The notes: generated by a model not told the origin, from the letters alone. A stretch of 64,000 nucleotides of DNA from Acidobacteriota bacterium (GCA_003010405.1 PJLO01000002.1:121882-185881), one strand, 5' to 3'. Numbered from the stretch's first letter, positions 45,609 to 55,670 are shown. Translations and numbers: made by a program.

Positions 45609-47543
45609 TTACTCCAATTCCTCAAGAAATTCGCTGAGTTCGGCCCATTCGTTCTCGAGGGCTCCCAGAATGCGGCGCTTATCTTCCAGAAGCGCCGACA
45701 GGCGCTGAGTCTCCTCTGCGCTTACATATATGCTGAGGGCCTCCTCGGATTCCGCGATAACAGCCTCGGTGCTGCTCACCTCTTCCTCCAGCTTCGCCAG
45801 TCGATCCTCCATCTGCTTGCGCTTCAGTGGATTCACGCGGCGTTTCTGTTCGACAACCGGTTCGGCGGCCACTGCGACAGTGGCGGCAGCAACCGGTGCT
45901 GCGCTCACCGATGCACGCAATGACTCCTCCATTGCTTGAGCACCATTTTGCTTGCGCCACAGGTAGTCTTCGTAGTTGCCCGGGTAGATATTCACCGCTC
46001 CATCGGCTACCTCGAAAACTCGCGTCGCCAATCGGTCAACGAAGTAGCGGTCGTGCGAGACAAAAACGCAGGTGCCGTTAAATTTCTGGAGCGATTCCAG
46101 CAACACATCCTTCGCCCGAAGGTCGAGGTGGTTGGTCGGTTCGTCCAGCAGCAGAAAGTTCGAAGGATGCAGCAACATCCGGGCAAGCGCATAGCGATTG
46201 CGTTCGCCGCCGCTGAGTACGCCAATTTTCTTGAATACGTCGTCCTCGCTGAACAAAAAGCTGCCGAGCAGGCTGCGCAACTCGGTTTGCGAGCGCGGTG
46301 CCACCATGTCCAGGTCGTCCAGCATGCGTGCCTCGGTGTCCAGTTCCTTGTATTGATCCTGCGCGAAGTAATCGACCTCTACGTTGTGGCCCAGCGAATA
46401 TTCGCCGGCTGTGGCGGGTTCAATCTGCGCGAGCAACTTGATCATCGTGGATTTTCCGGCTCCGTTCACGCCAACCAGGGCAATGCGTTCGCCGCGCTCG
46501 ATTGTGAAGTTCACATCCCGCAGCACTTGCTTCTCGCCATAACTTTTGCTGACCTTCTTAAACTCTGCCACGATGCGCCCGCTGGGCTTGGGCTGGGGGA
46601 AGGTGAAGTGGATCGTGCGCTCGTTTTCGGGCACCTCGATGCGCTCGATTTTTTCCAGTTCCTTGATGCGGCTCTGTACCTGCTTGGCCTTGGTCGCCTG
46701 GTAGCGGAAGCGGTTTATGAAGGCTTCCAACTGCTCGATACGTTCGCGCTGATTGCGGTAAGCCGCCGCCAGCGAATCGCGGCGTTGCTGCTTGTCGGCG
46801 AGATACTTGTCGTAGTTTCCGCTGTAGAAATGGACGCCCTTGTTCCAGATCTCTACGATCTTTTTTACCGTTACGTCGAGGAAGTAGCGGTCATGCGAGA
46901 TTAGAACGTAAGCATACGGATAGTCGTTCAGATAGTCTTCCAGCCAGTTGCGCGTCTCAAGGTCGAGGTGGTTGGTCGGCTCATCGAGCAGCAGCATGTT
47001 TGGTTTTTCCAGCAGCAGCTTTGCCAGCGAGATGCGCATCTGCCAGCCACCGCTGAACTCTTCGGTCTGTCGCAGCCAGTCCTCTTTGCCGAATCCAAGG
47101 CCGGTGAGTACCGCGCCAACCTGCGACTCCAGGGTGTAGCCGTCCCGGGTCAGAAATTCGCTTTGCACTCGATGAAAGCGATCGCTCACCTGCTGGTACT
47201 CGTCGCTCGAGGGATCGATTTCGCTCATCCGGTGCGTCAGGTATTCCAGTTCGCGCTCCATTGCGTGCACGTCGTCAAAGACCGAGAGGCATTCGGCAAA
47301 GACCGACCGTCCACTCAGGCTCAGTCCGTCCTGCGGAAGATAGCCGGCGCTTACGCCCTTGCCGCGCGTAATGCTGCCATAATCAAGCGACTCGATTTCG
47401 GCCAGCACCTTGAGCAACGTGGTTTTACCTGAGCCGTTGGCACCCACAAGACCGATCCTGTCCTGTGGAGTGATGAGCCAGTTGAGATTTTCGAAGAGTA
47501 ATTTATGGCCGTAACGTTTACCGGCATTCGTAAGCTGAATCAT
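45609..47543 (-). CDS. ABC-F family ATPase (translation-associated; Uup/YheS-like) with C-terminal coiled-coil
   Basis: Two ABC cassettes (GANGSGKTT ... LSGGWQMR; GVNGAGKST ... LSGGERNR), no TM domain, and an acidic coiled-coil tail. Confidence 0.9.
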   Translation of the reverse strand: MIQLTNAGKRYGHKLLFENLNWLITPQDRIGLVGANGSGKTTLLKVLAEIESLDYGSITRGKGVSAGYLPQDGLSLSGRSVFAECLSVFDDVHAMERELEYLTHRMSEIDPSSDEYQQVSDRFHRVQSEFLTRDGYTLESQVGAVLTGLGFGKEDWLRQTEEFSGGWQMRISLAKLLLEKPNMLLLDEPTNHLDLETRNWLEDYLNDYPYAYVLISHDRYFLDVTVKKIVEIWNKGVHFYSGNYDKYLADKQQRRDSLAAAYRNQRERIEQLEAFINRFRYQATKAKQVQSRIKELEKIERIEVPENERTIHFTFPQPKPSGRIVAEFKKVSKSYGEKQVLRDVNFTIERGERIALVGVNGAGKSTMIKLLAQIEPATAGEYSLGHNVEVDYFAQDQYKELDTEARMLDDLDMVAPRSQTELRSLLGSFLFSEDDVFKKIGVLSGGERNRYALARMLLHPSNFLLLDEPTNHLDLRAKDVLLESLQKFNGTCVFVSHDRYFVDRLATRVFEVADGAVNIYPGNYEDYLWRKQNGAQAMEESLRASVSAAPVAAATVAVAAEPVVEQKRRVNPLKRKQMEDRLAKLEEEVSSTEAVIAESEEALSIYVSAEETQRLSALLEDKRRILGALENEWAELSEFLEELE

Positions 47544-47670
47544 TCAGAAGTGAACCGCACCGTGAGTTATCTCCGTTTATTCTCTCACGGATGAGCACGC
47601 GCTTAGTTCCAGGCCTGTATCCGGAAGTCAAAGGCGAGAGCGGATCGTTGTAAACGCCTGCTGACCCGTG

Positions 47671-47704
47671 CCCGTCCGGGACCAAAGCTGCAGCAGAGGG
47701 CGGG
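47671..47704. repeat. 34-nt direct repeat, copy 1
   Basis: CCCGTCCGGGACCAAAGCTGCAGCAGAGGGCGGG. By hand, 28 of 34 positions are identical to copy 2. Confidence 0.7.
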
Positions 47705-47815
47705 TGCCCCATTCAAGCCCATCTTTTGGGCTTGAGTGGGGTCTCAGTCAGCTCAATCCCACTGCTCGTCTCCCCAATGCAAAATGAGGGTTGCTGAAAT
47801 GCCTATTAAACTGTC

Positions 47816-47849
47816 CCCGTCCAGTACCCAAGCTGCAGCCAAGGGCGCG
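47816..47849. repeat. 34-nt direct repeat, copy 2
   Basis: CCCGTCCAGTACCCAAGCTGCAGCCAAGGGCGCG. It abuts the terminator-like hairpin at 47850. Confidence 0.7.
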
Positions 47850-47887
47850 CTCAGGATATAATCGAGGGAGTATCCTGAGTTTTCGTT
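47850..47887 (+). terminator. Intrinsic-terminator-like hairpin inside the ABC-F/typA intergenic region
   Basis: CTCAGGATA-(12 nt)-TATCCTGAG is a 9-bp stem followed by TTTTCGTT. There is no plus-strand gene upstream, and it lies ~120 nt before the typA start. Confidence 0.5.
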
Positions 47888-48005
47888 CCCTCGCTTCGTA
47901 ACAGAATCGTGCCAACGGACTCGCGGCAGAATTCTCCTGCCATATTTTCGCGCGCCGCAAGCGCAGCGCCCTCATGCGACCAGTTCGCCCAAAGGATCAA
48001 AAAGT

Positions 48006-49835
48006 TTGACCACGCAGATTCGCAATATCGCTATTATCGCCCACGTCGATCACGGAAAAACCACGCTTGTTGACTCCATGCTGCGCCAGAGCGGCGTGTT
48101 TCGCGCCAATCAGGAAATGATTGAACGCGTTATGGATTCCAATGATCTCGAACGCGAGCGCGGTATCACTATTCTCGCCAAAAATACCGCCGTGTTTTAC
48201 CACGACCTCAAGATCAATATCGTGGACACTCCCGGTCACAGCGATTTCGGCGGAGAGGTCGAGCGCGCGCTGAAGATGGTCGATGGCGTCATGCTGCTGG
48301 TCGATGCCAGCGAAGGCCCGCTCCCCCAGACCCGCTACGTGCTCTCAAAAGCGCTGGAAGCCCATCTGAAGCCCATCGTGGTCATCAATAAGATTGATCG
48401 TCCCGATGCGAGATCTCAGGAAGTACTCAATGAGGTCTATGACCTGTTCATTGATCTCGATGCCGAAGAGTCGCAGCTTGAATTTCCCGTGCTCTACACG
48501 AACGGTAAACTCGGCACCGCGACCACCGATCTCGATGTTCCCGGCACCGATTTGCAGCCGCTTTTTGAGGCAATAGTCAACACCATACCCGAGCCCGCGG
48601 GCGACCCGGCCGCAACGCTTCAGATTCTGGTCGCCAACCTCGATTACAGCGATTACCTGGGCCGTCTAGCCATAGCGCGAGTTTTCAATGGAACCCTCCG
48701 CACCGGAGAAGAGGTTGGTATCGCCAAGCTCAACGGCGAGATCGAAAAGGTTAAGATCACGAAGCTGTTCAGCTTTAACGGACTGAAGCGAACGGACATC
48801 ACGGAAACCGAACTGGGCGATATCGTTGCGATCGCTGGCGTCACAGGCATAACCATTGGCGAAACTATCACCAGCTTTGAGACTCCCGATCCGCTGCCAC
48901 GCATCCTCATCGACGAGCCAACGATTGCAATGCAGTTCGTCGTGAACACCTCGCCATTCAGCGGACGCGAAGGCCAGTTCGTCACCTCTCGCAACCTGGG
49001 CGAGCGCCTCGAAAAGGAGCTGCTCACCAACGTTTCCATTCGCGTCGAGCAGACCGCTCCGGACACATTCACCGTAATGGGACGCGGCGAATTGCAACTC
49101 GCCATTCTCATCGAAATGATGCGCCGGGAGGGATATGAACTCGCCGTCGGAAAGCCGGAGATCGTCACCCGTAACATTGACGACAAGCTCATGGAGCCAG
49201 TCGAACTGGTCACCGTGGATATTCCCGAGGAGTTCATCGGCATCGTCATTGAGAAACTCGGAATGCGTAAGGCCGAGATGCGAAAGATGCACAATCATGG
49301 ATATGGTCGCGTGCGCATCGAGTTCCGCGTTCCCAGCCGCGGCCTCATCGGGCTGCGCTCTGAAATGCTGACCGACACGCGCGGAACTATTGTCATGAAC
49401 TCGCTTTTTGACGGCTACATCGAGTGGCTCGGCGTCATTCCTCAGAGAGCCGCCGGAGTGATCGTTTCCGACCGCGCCGGTACCACAACAGCATATTCTC
49501 TCAACTCGCTTCAGGAGCGTGGCGAGCTCTTCGTCGGGCCTGGAGTGGAAGTTTACGAAGGTATGATTGTTGGCCAGCACTCGCGCGATAACGACATTGT
49601 TGTAAATGCGGTGCGCGAAAAGAAGCTTACGAATATGCGGGCCTCCACCGCCGACGATGCTGTGCGCCTCATTCCTTTCCGTACCCTCAATCTCGAACAG
49701 AGCCTGGAATTCATTGCCGATGACGAACTTGTTGAAGTCACACCCAAGTCGCTTCGTCTTCGAAAGAAGATTCTGCAGGCCGGACGTCGTCCCCGTAAGG
49801 GTGCCGAACCGGTAATGGCGGAAGTGGAAGCATAA
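48006..49835 (+). CDS. typA: Translational GTPase TypA/BipA
   Basis: TTG start. [20 protein letters not shown]1 motif, DTPGH, NKID; ~609 aa. Confidence 0.95.
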   Translation: MTTQIRNIAIIAHVDHGKTTLVDSMLRQSGVFRANQEMIERVMDSNDLERERGITILAKNTAVFYHDLKINIVDTPGHSDFGGEVERALKMVDGVMLLVDASEGPLPQTRYVLSKALEAHLKPIVVINKIDRPDARSQEVLNEVYDLFIDLDAEESQLEFPVLYTNGKLGTATTDLDVPGTDLQPLFEAIVNTIPEPAGDPAATLQILVANLDYSDYLGRLAIARVFNGTLRTGEEVGIAKLNGEIEKVKITKLFSFNGLKRTDITETELGDIVAIAGVTGITIGETITSFETPDPLPRILIDEPTIAMQFVVNTSPFSGREGQFVTSRNLGERLEKELLTNVSIRVEQTAPDTFTVMGRGELQLAILIEMMRREGYELAVGKPEIVTRNIDDKLMEPVELVTVDIPEEFIGIVIEKLGMRKAEMRKMHNHGYGRVRIEFRVPSRGLIGLRSEMLTDTRGTIVMNSLFDGYIEWLGVIPQRAAGVIVSDRAGTTTAYSLNSLQERGELFVGPGVEVYEGMIVGQHSRDNDIVVNAVREKKLTNMRASTADDAVRLIPFRTLNLEQSLEFIADDELVEVTPKSLRLRKKILQAGRRPRKGAEPVMAEVEA

Positions 49836-49858
49836 TCAACCTAATATCGCAGGAAGCG

Positions 49859-49887
49859 AAGCTCCTCTTCATCGAGGAGCTTTTTTG
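49859..49887 (+). terminator. Rho-independent terminator after typA
   Basis: AAGCTCCTC-TTCATC-GAGGAGCTT, followed by TTTTGCG. Confidence 0.75.
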
Positions 49888-49992
49888 CGAACTAAGTTTT
49901 GGGCCTGAGTATCTGGAATGAAGGAGTTTTCGTCTAAGATAAGAAGCTTTAGTTCGAAGTGCGTTACTTTTCTGATCGAGAGGGACCAAATC

Positions 49993-50463
49993 TTGAAGAT
50001 TACATATCGCAGTGGCATCCGCATCCTAGCTTTTGTTCTCCTTGCGCAGGTTGCAGCCATCAGCGCTCGGGCCCAGCAACTCTCGCCTGCTCTCCAGGCT
50101 GCTGTCGGACAATGGCAGGTGATCAACGATGAGGGCAAGCCAAATGGTCATGTGGAGACTTATCTTGTAGACGGTAAGCTCTTTGGTAAAGTCACTCAGC
50201 TCCGCCCGGGACGTCTCCCCGACACAGTGTGTGAGAAGTGTTCCGGCGATCTAAAAGATAAGCCGATCCTCGGCATGGTCATGCTGCGCAACTTCAAACC
50301 GCAAGGGACCCAATGGGTTGGAGGAACAGTGGTCGACCCGGACAATGGCAAGGAGTACAAAGGGAAAATCTGGACTGAGGGGGAAGACAAACTGCACATG
50401 CGCGGCTTTGTCGGTTTCTCAATGCTTGGACGCACTCAGGTCTGGAAGCGCCTCACCCCTTAG
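49993..50463 (+). CDS. DUF2147 family secreted protein
   Basis: ORF 49918..50463. I prefer the TTG at 49993 (GAGAGGGA RBS 7 nt upstream), which gives the signal peptide LKITYRSGIRILAFVLLAQVAAISARA. The GGTVVDPDNGKEYKGKIW...LHMRGFVG...GRTQVWKR pattern fits DUF2147. Start is uncertain. Confidence 0.6.
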   Translation: MKITYRSGIRILAFVLLAQVAAISARAQQLSPALQAAVGQWQVINDEGKPNGHVETYLVDGKLFGKVTQLRPGRLPDTVCEKCSGDLKDKPILGMVMLRNFKPQGTQWVGGTVVDPDNGKEYKGKIWTEGEDKLHMRGFVGFSMLGRTQVWKRLTP

Positions 50464-50516
50464 AAGCTCTGACCATGAATGCCGATGCGCGAGCGGCTTT
50501 CCGGGGCTGTGTTCAA

Positions 50517-51020
50517 TTACTCGCGCACTTCTATCTGTACTTTGGGTGCCAGCTCTTCGGCATCGCGGCGGTTCTCAAGCAGGATTCGCAGTATATACAG
50601 CACCACCGCGAGGTTTCCCACTATCACCGCGACCTTGGTCCAGTGCGGATGCAGTATGAGGGCAAACAACTCGAAGGGCAGATAGATCGCTCCGGCAAGG
50701 ACCGCAAACCACTCGGCCCAGCGCCGCTGTTTCCACAATCCGTATGCCTCAACAAAGCGGCCCGTGGAATAAACAAACCCGACAGCAACCGCGGTTCGGA
50801 TGCCACTCCCGGTGGTACGATCCGCCAGCTCATAGAACCAATCTGCGACCTGCGAATCCGGATTCAGCCGAAGCCAGTCCGTAACTTGATCTACGACCAG
50901 ATTTAAGTCCTTATGCAGCAGGGACAGCAACAGTACCGATAATGCCAGCACCGCTAACCCCTTAGAAACTTCCAGAGCCGCAACTGCCCGCAGGCCGAAT
51001 TTGTGATTCAGCGTTCCCAT
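50517..51020 (-). CDS. DUF2127-like four-pass membrane protein
   Basis: 167 aa with four hydrophobic helices. The N-terminal LRAVAALEVSKGLAVL pattern resembles DUF2127 (from recall). Confidence 0.5.
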   Translation of the reverse strand: MGTLNHKFGLRAVAALEVSKGLAVLALSVLLLSLLHKDLNLVVDQVTDWLRLNPDSQVADWFYELADRTTGSGIRTAVAVGFVYSTGRFVEAYGLWKQRRWAEWFAVLAGAIYLPFELFALILHPHWTKVAVIVGNLAVVLYILRILLENRRDAEELAPKVQIEVRE

Positions 51021-51313
51021 TGCCGCACTTCAACCGGAGAGCATCACGAAGATGCCGAGTCCCAATTTACACTACAGCCACCCCTTCTGGCTTGGAATCT
51101 CCTTGCACCTGAATCGTGGTCCATCGTAAGTTTTAATCGCACTCCTTACGATACTCTTTCGGGTACAACACCTAATAAATTTCCACCATCACATCGAGCG
51201 GAAGCCAGAGCTGAAGCAGCACTAACCCATCACGGGACCGGAGAACGATGCGGAGTGCCGAAATCGGCCGAGTTTTTGCAGAGGCCAGACCAAGTTCAGG
51301 CTAAGATAGTTCT

Positions 51314-51925
51314 ATGAAGGTTCTCACCAAGTTTCTGCGCTCAGCTGTTGCCCCTCAGCACTTTCCTCCCCCAGGTCTGCCGGAGATTGCTTTTATCGGC
51401 CGTTCCAATGTTGGAAAATCCAGCTTGATTAATTCACTTGTCAACGCCAAAATCGCGAAAACAAGCAATACCCCAGGGCGCACACAGGCAATCAACTTTT
51501 TCGAGATTCGCTGGCCGGGCCGTCCCCATCCCGAGCTTCTCTTTGCGGATCTTCCCGGATACGGCTATGCTCGGGTTCCGCGTGAGGTCTCCCGGACCTG
51601 GCCGGACTTCATCGAGCCGTATCTCGCAGATCGCCCTTGTTTAGCCCTCTGTCTCTGTCTGATTGACGCCAATATTCCGCCTCAGAAGTTGGATACAGAT
51701 ATGATCGAATATTTGCGGAAAACCAATCGCGCCTACATAGTGGTTGCTACCAAGGCTGACAAAGTCGGTTCCAGGTTGCAGGCTTCACTGAATGCCCTAA
51801 AAATCGCGCACGGAGTAGATTTTGTGCTTCCTTATTCGGCTAAAACCGGCCTTGGGCAAGATGAATTATGGAAGCTTGTGCGCGCCGCCTGTACTGCCGC
51901 TTCCCGTGATAGCGAAAGCGCCTGA
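51314..51925 (+). CDS. engB: Ribosome biogenesis GTPase EngB/YsxC/YihA
   Basis: EIAFIGRSNVGKSSLINSL G1 motif, DLPGYGYA, ATKADK. Confidence 0.9.
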   Translation: MKVLTKFLRSAVAPQHFPPPGLPEIAFIGRSNVGKSSLINSLVNAKIAKTSNTPGRTQAINFFEIRWPGRPHPELLFADLPGYGYARVPREVSRTWPDFIEPYLADRPCLALCLCLIDANIPPQKLDTDMIEYLRKTNRAYIVVATKADKVGSRLQASLNALKIAHGVDFVLPYSAKTGLGQDELWKLVRAACTAASRDSESA

Positions 51926-52320
51926 TTTTCGCGAGCATCCGCCTGATACTGTGAATCATAGTTATTTTGAAATTCCCGTTTCCGTATTCTCGCTTGCTCG
52001 TTAACGCATTCTGTTTTTTGCAAGCTTAACAAATTAAGTGTGTTAATTTTTTTTACTCCAAGAAACAAGCCAGTCCCGCTTATGGGTGCTGGATGTTTTG
52101 ACCATCCCGTAGTATCATAGATTTTCGTTATGTCTCAGCGAGACCTGTTAGACCAAGTGGGCTCACGAACAGCTTACAGGCGGACCTTGGCTTAAAATCG
52201 GAGTCGGTGCCTCAGCCTGTGACTTAAACCAGGCGGAATGATTGCAGTAGCTGCTTTGGGCCCTCCAGAGCTCGTACATCGGATGTTCCATTTCAGTCGC
52301 AGAGATAAGGATAAAGTTCA

Positions 52321-52548
52321 ATGGCAAAAAGACGCGGTAATCCCAACTGGGGCAAGCCGGAGCCAGTCGGCCCTGTTACTCCTACCATCACCGAATTCGA
52401 GCAGGTTGTCAGAGAGTTTAAGCTCACTCCGGATCAGTATCTCCGTTCAACCCGTCTTCGGGAATGGGCGCGCCGGAACAAAAACTCGAAGTACATTCCC
52501 GAGCCGCTTTTGGAAGCGTGGGGCTTTGAAATCGAATCGACACTGTAA
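52321..52548 (+). CDS. Hypothetical small basic protein (75 aa), orphan transcription unit
   Basis: MAKRRGNPNWGKPEP... The ORF is preceded by AAGGATAAAG and followed by a clean terminator. No family recognised. Confidence 0.55.
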   Translation: MAKRRGNPNWGKPEPVGPVTPTITEFEQVVREFKLTPDQYLRSTRLREWARRNKNSKYIPEPLLEAWGFEIESTL

Positions 52549-52578
52549 GCGCTGAAAACAGAAGCGCGGAGTTGCCTT

Positions 52579-52611
52579 AGGCCGCTGACACTGGCGGCCT
52601 TTTCGTTTTTC
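52579..52611 (+). terminator. Rho-independent terminator after the 75-aa gene
   Basis: AGGCCGC-(8 nt)-GCGGCCT, followed by TTTCGTTTTTC. Confidence 0.7.
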
Positions 52612-52772
52612 ATCTTTGTCCGGTTATGAATCCCACTTTCAGTGTCCTTCCATGTCGATTGACGGCCGCAGACTCCGAGTGATATTCAATTGGAGAGTGC
52701 CTTTATTGTAAGATTACGGAGAGTGGGCAGTTTTCACACGCCCCTGCACCAACAGGAGATCTTCCCGCCGTT

Positions 52773-53384
52773 ATGCGCCTCATCCCGCGCGAAACTAAGT
52801 TTTACGACCTCTTTGCAGATATGGCGAACAACCTCACCAATGGGGCTCGCCAGCTGCGCGATCTTTTGCAGAATTATCAGGATGTTTCCGCCGGAGTCCA
52901 GAAAATCAAGGGCATCGAGCATAAGGGCGACGACATCGCTCATGCCGTTTTCGTAAAGTTGAACTCGTCTTTCATCACGCCTTTTGATCGGGAGGATATT
53001 CATACTCTCGCCAGCTCTTTGGACGACGTGCTCGACTATATCAATGCCGCTGCTGACCGCCTAAAAACGTACAAAATAACCAAGCCGCCGGCCGCGGCTG
53101 TCGAACTGGCAACCATTATCCTCCGCCAGGCCGAGGAGTTGTCCAAAGCCGTCGCTCTGCTTGAAAAAGGCGATGCCCTGATCGAGTACTGCGTGGAAGT
53201 CAACCGGCTTGAAAACGAAGCGGACGCAATCTCCCGTGGTGCTATCGGTCACCTCTTTGAGACCGAAACGGATCCCATTCAACTGATTAAGCATAAGGAA
53301 CTCCTCGAGGTTTTGGAGATGGCCACTGACAAGGCTGAGGACGTAGCCAACGTGCTGGAAACCGTGGTACTCAAGAGCGCCTGA
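52773..53384 (+). CDS. DUF47 (PhoU-like, TIGR00153-type) phosphate-transport-associated protein
   Basis: All-helical 203 aa. The FITPFDREDI and LENEAD patterns are typical of DUF47 proteins that precede PiT transporters. Confidence 0.8.
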   Translation: MRLIPRETKFYDLFADMANNLTNGARQLRDLLQNYQDVSAGVQKIKGIEHKGDDIAHAVFVKLNSSFITPFDREDIHTLASSLDDVLDYINAAADRLKTYKITKPPAAAVELATIILRQAEELSKAVALLEKGDALIEYCVEVNRLENEADAISRGAIGHLFETETDPIQLIKHKELLEVLEMATDKAEDVANVLETVVLKSA

Positions 53385-53428
53385 GCGCGCCATATCCGGA
53401 CGCGCAGCGACTCCGTTAGAGGAACGTC

Positions 53429-54478
53429 TTGAACACTGGATTAATTCTGGTCATAGCTACGTGTGTGGTGGCACTGGCCTTCGACTTCATCAATGGCTTT
53501 CACGATGCTGCAAACAGCATCGCAACCGTCGTTTCCACTCGCGTACTGTCGCCGAAGCTGGCTGTGGCCTGGGCCGCATTTTTTAATTTTATTGCTGCCT
53601 TTCTGCTCGGCACCGCCGTTGCCAAAACGATTGGCAAAGGCATGGTTGATCTCAGCATCGTTACCCAGTACGTTGTCTTGGCCGGGCTTCTCGGGGCCAT
53701 CGCCTGGGATCTGGTCACCTGGCTGCTGGGGCTTCCCACGTCTTCCTCCCACGCACTTATCGGAGGCTATGCCGGAGCTGCTGTGGCACGTGCCGCCATG
53801 GTTCGAGGCTGGCATAACTGCCTGAGCGTAATCATCCCCGGCGGCTGGACCAAGACCATAGCGTTCATCTTTATCGCTCCGGTGTTGGGTTTTGTGCTCG
53901 GCTTTGGCTTCATGGTTATTATTTACTGGCTCTTTCGGAGAAAGTCGCCGAGACAGGTGGACACTTGGTTTAGGAAGCTTCAGTTGCTTTCCGCGGCCTC
54001 GTATTCACTGGGCCACGGTGGCAATGATGCACAAAAAACCATGGGCATCATCGCGGGAGCCCTCTACACCGGCCACATCATCTCCGAATACGACATCAAG
54101 CACGATTGGGGCTCCTATCACTGGCCCATCATCCTTTGCGCCCACGCAGCCATTGCCGCCGGAACCTATATCGGCGGATGGAAAATCGTTCATACCATGG
54201 GGAGCAAGATTACCAAGCTGAAACCAGTTGGCGGATTTGCTGCCGAAACAGCCGGAGCCTTGACGCTTTTTGGAACTGCGCTGGCCGGAATCCCGGTTTC
54301 CACCACTCACACCATCACAGGAGCCATTGTGGGTGTGGGTTCCACAACTCGCCTCTCCTCCGTGCGATGGGGAGTTGCTACCCGAATTGTCTGGGCCTGG
54401 GTATTAACCATCCCTGCCTCGGCGTTGGTTGCCGCTTTGATCTTTTACGTACTGCACTCCATCAACCCAGCCGCGTAA
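53429..54478 (+). CDS. pit: Inorganic phosphate transporter, PiT family
   Basis: TTG start. Duplicated PiT signatures FINGFHDAANSIATVV and GHGGNDAQKTMGII, and PVSTTHTITGAIVGVG. Confidence 0.9.
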   Translation: MNTGLILVIATCVVALAFDFINGFHDAANSIATVVSTRVLSPKLAVAWAAFFNFIAAFLLGTAVAKTIGKGMVDLSIVTQYVVLAGLLGAIAWDLVTWLLGLPTSSSHALIGGYAGAAVARAAMVRGWHNCLSVIIPGGWTKTIAFIFIAPVLGFVLGFGFMVIIYWLFRRKSPRQVDTWFRKLQLLSAASYSLGHGGNDAQKTMGIIAGALYTGHIISEYDIKHDWGSYHWPIILCAHAAIAAGTYIGGWKIVHTMGSKITKLKPVGGFAAETAGALTLFGTALAGIPVSTTHTITGAIVGVGSTTRLSSVRWGVATRIVWAWVLTIPASALVAALIFYVLHSINPAA

Positions 54479-54497
54479 GCCGACTTGAAGAAAAAAG

Positions 54498-54532
54498 CAG
54501 GGGAGCCAGCGGGCTCTCCTGAGAAGTTTTTT
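54498..54532. terminator. Bidirectional Rho-independent terminator
   Basis: CAGGGGAGCC-AGCG-GGCTCTCCTG (one G-U pair), flanked by GAAGAAAAAAG and AGAAGTTTTTTG. Lies between convergent pit and the dehydrogenase gene. Confidence 0.7.
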
Positions 54533-54611
54533 GTGCGGCCTTCTTTCCACCTCTTAATCCCGCGCCTACAATTATCGACAGCTAGGAAACCTTTTTATCG
54601 GGCAAAGCCAC

Positions 54612-55646
54612 TTAGTACCCTCTGTGTTTGTCTACTAAGTTTCGCAGCGGCTCTCCTGCCAGAAAGCGCCTCAGGTTTTCGGAGAAGATTGCATAGTGTT
54701 GCTCCCATAGCTGTTCGTGAAAACCGCCCTCATGCGGCGTGATGATCACATTGTCTGCATTCCATAATGGCGAATTTTCCGGCAGAGGTTCGCGATCGAA
54801 AACGTCGAGTGCCGCGCCACCGGGGCGTCCCTTTTGGAGGCCCTCCAGCAGGGCGCCTTCGTCAACGAGCGCGCCACGGCCCACATTAATGAGCCAGCTT
54901 CCTTCTTTCATTAACCCAAGGCGCCGTGCATCCATCATCCTGTACGTCTGGGGAGTTGTCGGTACCGCCAGCACCACGAATTCGGATTCGCCGAGAGCTT
55001 CGTCGAATTCCGCAAAGCTCACTACACGTTCCACTCCCGCGACAGACTTTGACGCATCCTGCCGCACGCCGACCACGTGCATTCCCAGCGCGGCGCAATA
55101 TTCGGCCACGCGGCTCCCGATTGCTCCCAGACCAACCATTAGCACTCGCGTCCCGCGTACCAGCCGGGGATGCGGGTGAGCACGCCAGAGTTCTTCCATG
55201 CTCCACTTTCGATTGTTCTGCAGGTCGCGAGCACGATCCAGTCTTCGCGCAGCCATCAGAAGAAGTGCCAGCACATGCTCGGCCACGGCATCGCCATGTA
55301 CTTCGGCCGCATTGGTTACCGGAACTGCGCTTTGCACCACGCCCGCGCACAGCACCCTGTTGGCGCCACTCGCCGGGCAGTGAATCCAACGCAGGCGCCG
55401 AGCTTTTGTCCACTGCTCTTGGCGCAGATTCCAACTCACCAGCACATCGGCATTGCCGATCTTCTCATCCAGCTTGTCGTAGGAATCAAGCCTCACCGCG
55501 GTCACTCCGAAGTCATGGGCTGCCCGCTCTGCGAACCATTGCGGCAGGCACAAGAACTCGAATTCACGATTGACACAAAGCACAATCTTCAAAGGTTTCT
55601 CTCCCTCTACGCGCCATTGGAACAAAAAGGCCACGGTATCTTGCAC
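54612..55646 (-). CDS. D-isomer-specific 2-hydroxyacid dehydrogenase family protein
   Basis: GLGAIGSRVA Rossmann motif, VGRGALVDE, and a PHEGG catalytic His region. Confidence 0.8.
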   Translation of the reverse strand: MQDTVAFLFQWRVEGEKPLKIVLCVNREFEFLCLPQWFAERAAHDFGVTAVRLDSYDKLDEKIGNADVLVSWNLRQEQWTKARRLRWIHCPASGANRVLCAGVVQSAVPVTNAAEVHGDAVAEHVLALLLMAARRLDRARDLQNNRKWSMEELWRAHPHPRLVRGTRVLMVGLGAIGSRVAEYCAALGMHVVGVRQDASKSVAGVERVVSFAEFDEALGESEFVVLAVPTTPQTYRMMDARRLGLMKEGSWLINVGRGALVDEGALLEGLQKGRPGGAALDVFDREPLPENSPLWNADNVIITPHEGGFHEQLWEQHYAIFSENLRRFLAGEPLRNLVDKHRGY

Positions 55647-55670
55647 CGTGGCCTGCTGAATTTCTGGTTA

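Noticed and set aside
47518-47975. Two minus-strand ORFs (64 aa and 75 aa) in the ABC-F/typA spacer
   Set aside because: They have no RBS and no motifs. The 34-nt direct repeat falls in different reading frames in the two ORFs, which argues for a nucleotide-level element rather than coding sequence.
52238-52555. 105-aa ORF overlapping the 75-aa gene in another frame, and 51832..52068 on the minus strand
   Set aside because: The 75-aa frame has the better RBS and a coherent sequence. The alternatives are Ser/Arg/Leu-rich and start in the AT-rich spacer, or overlap the engB 3' end.
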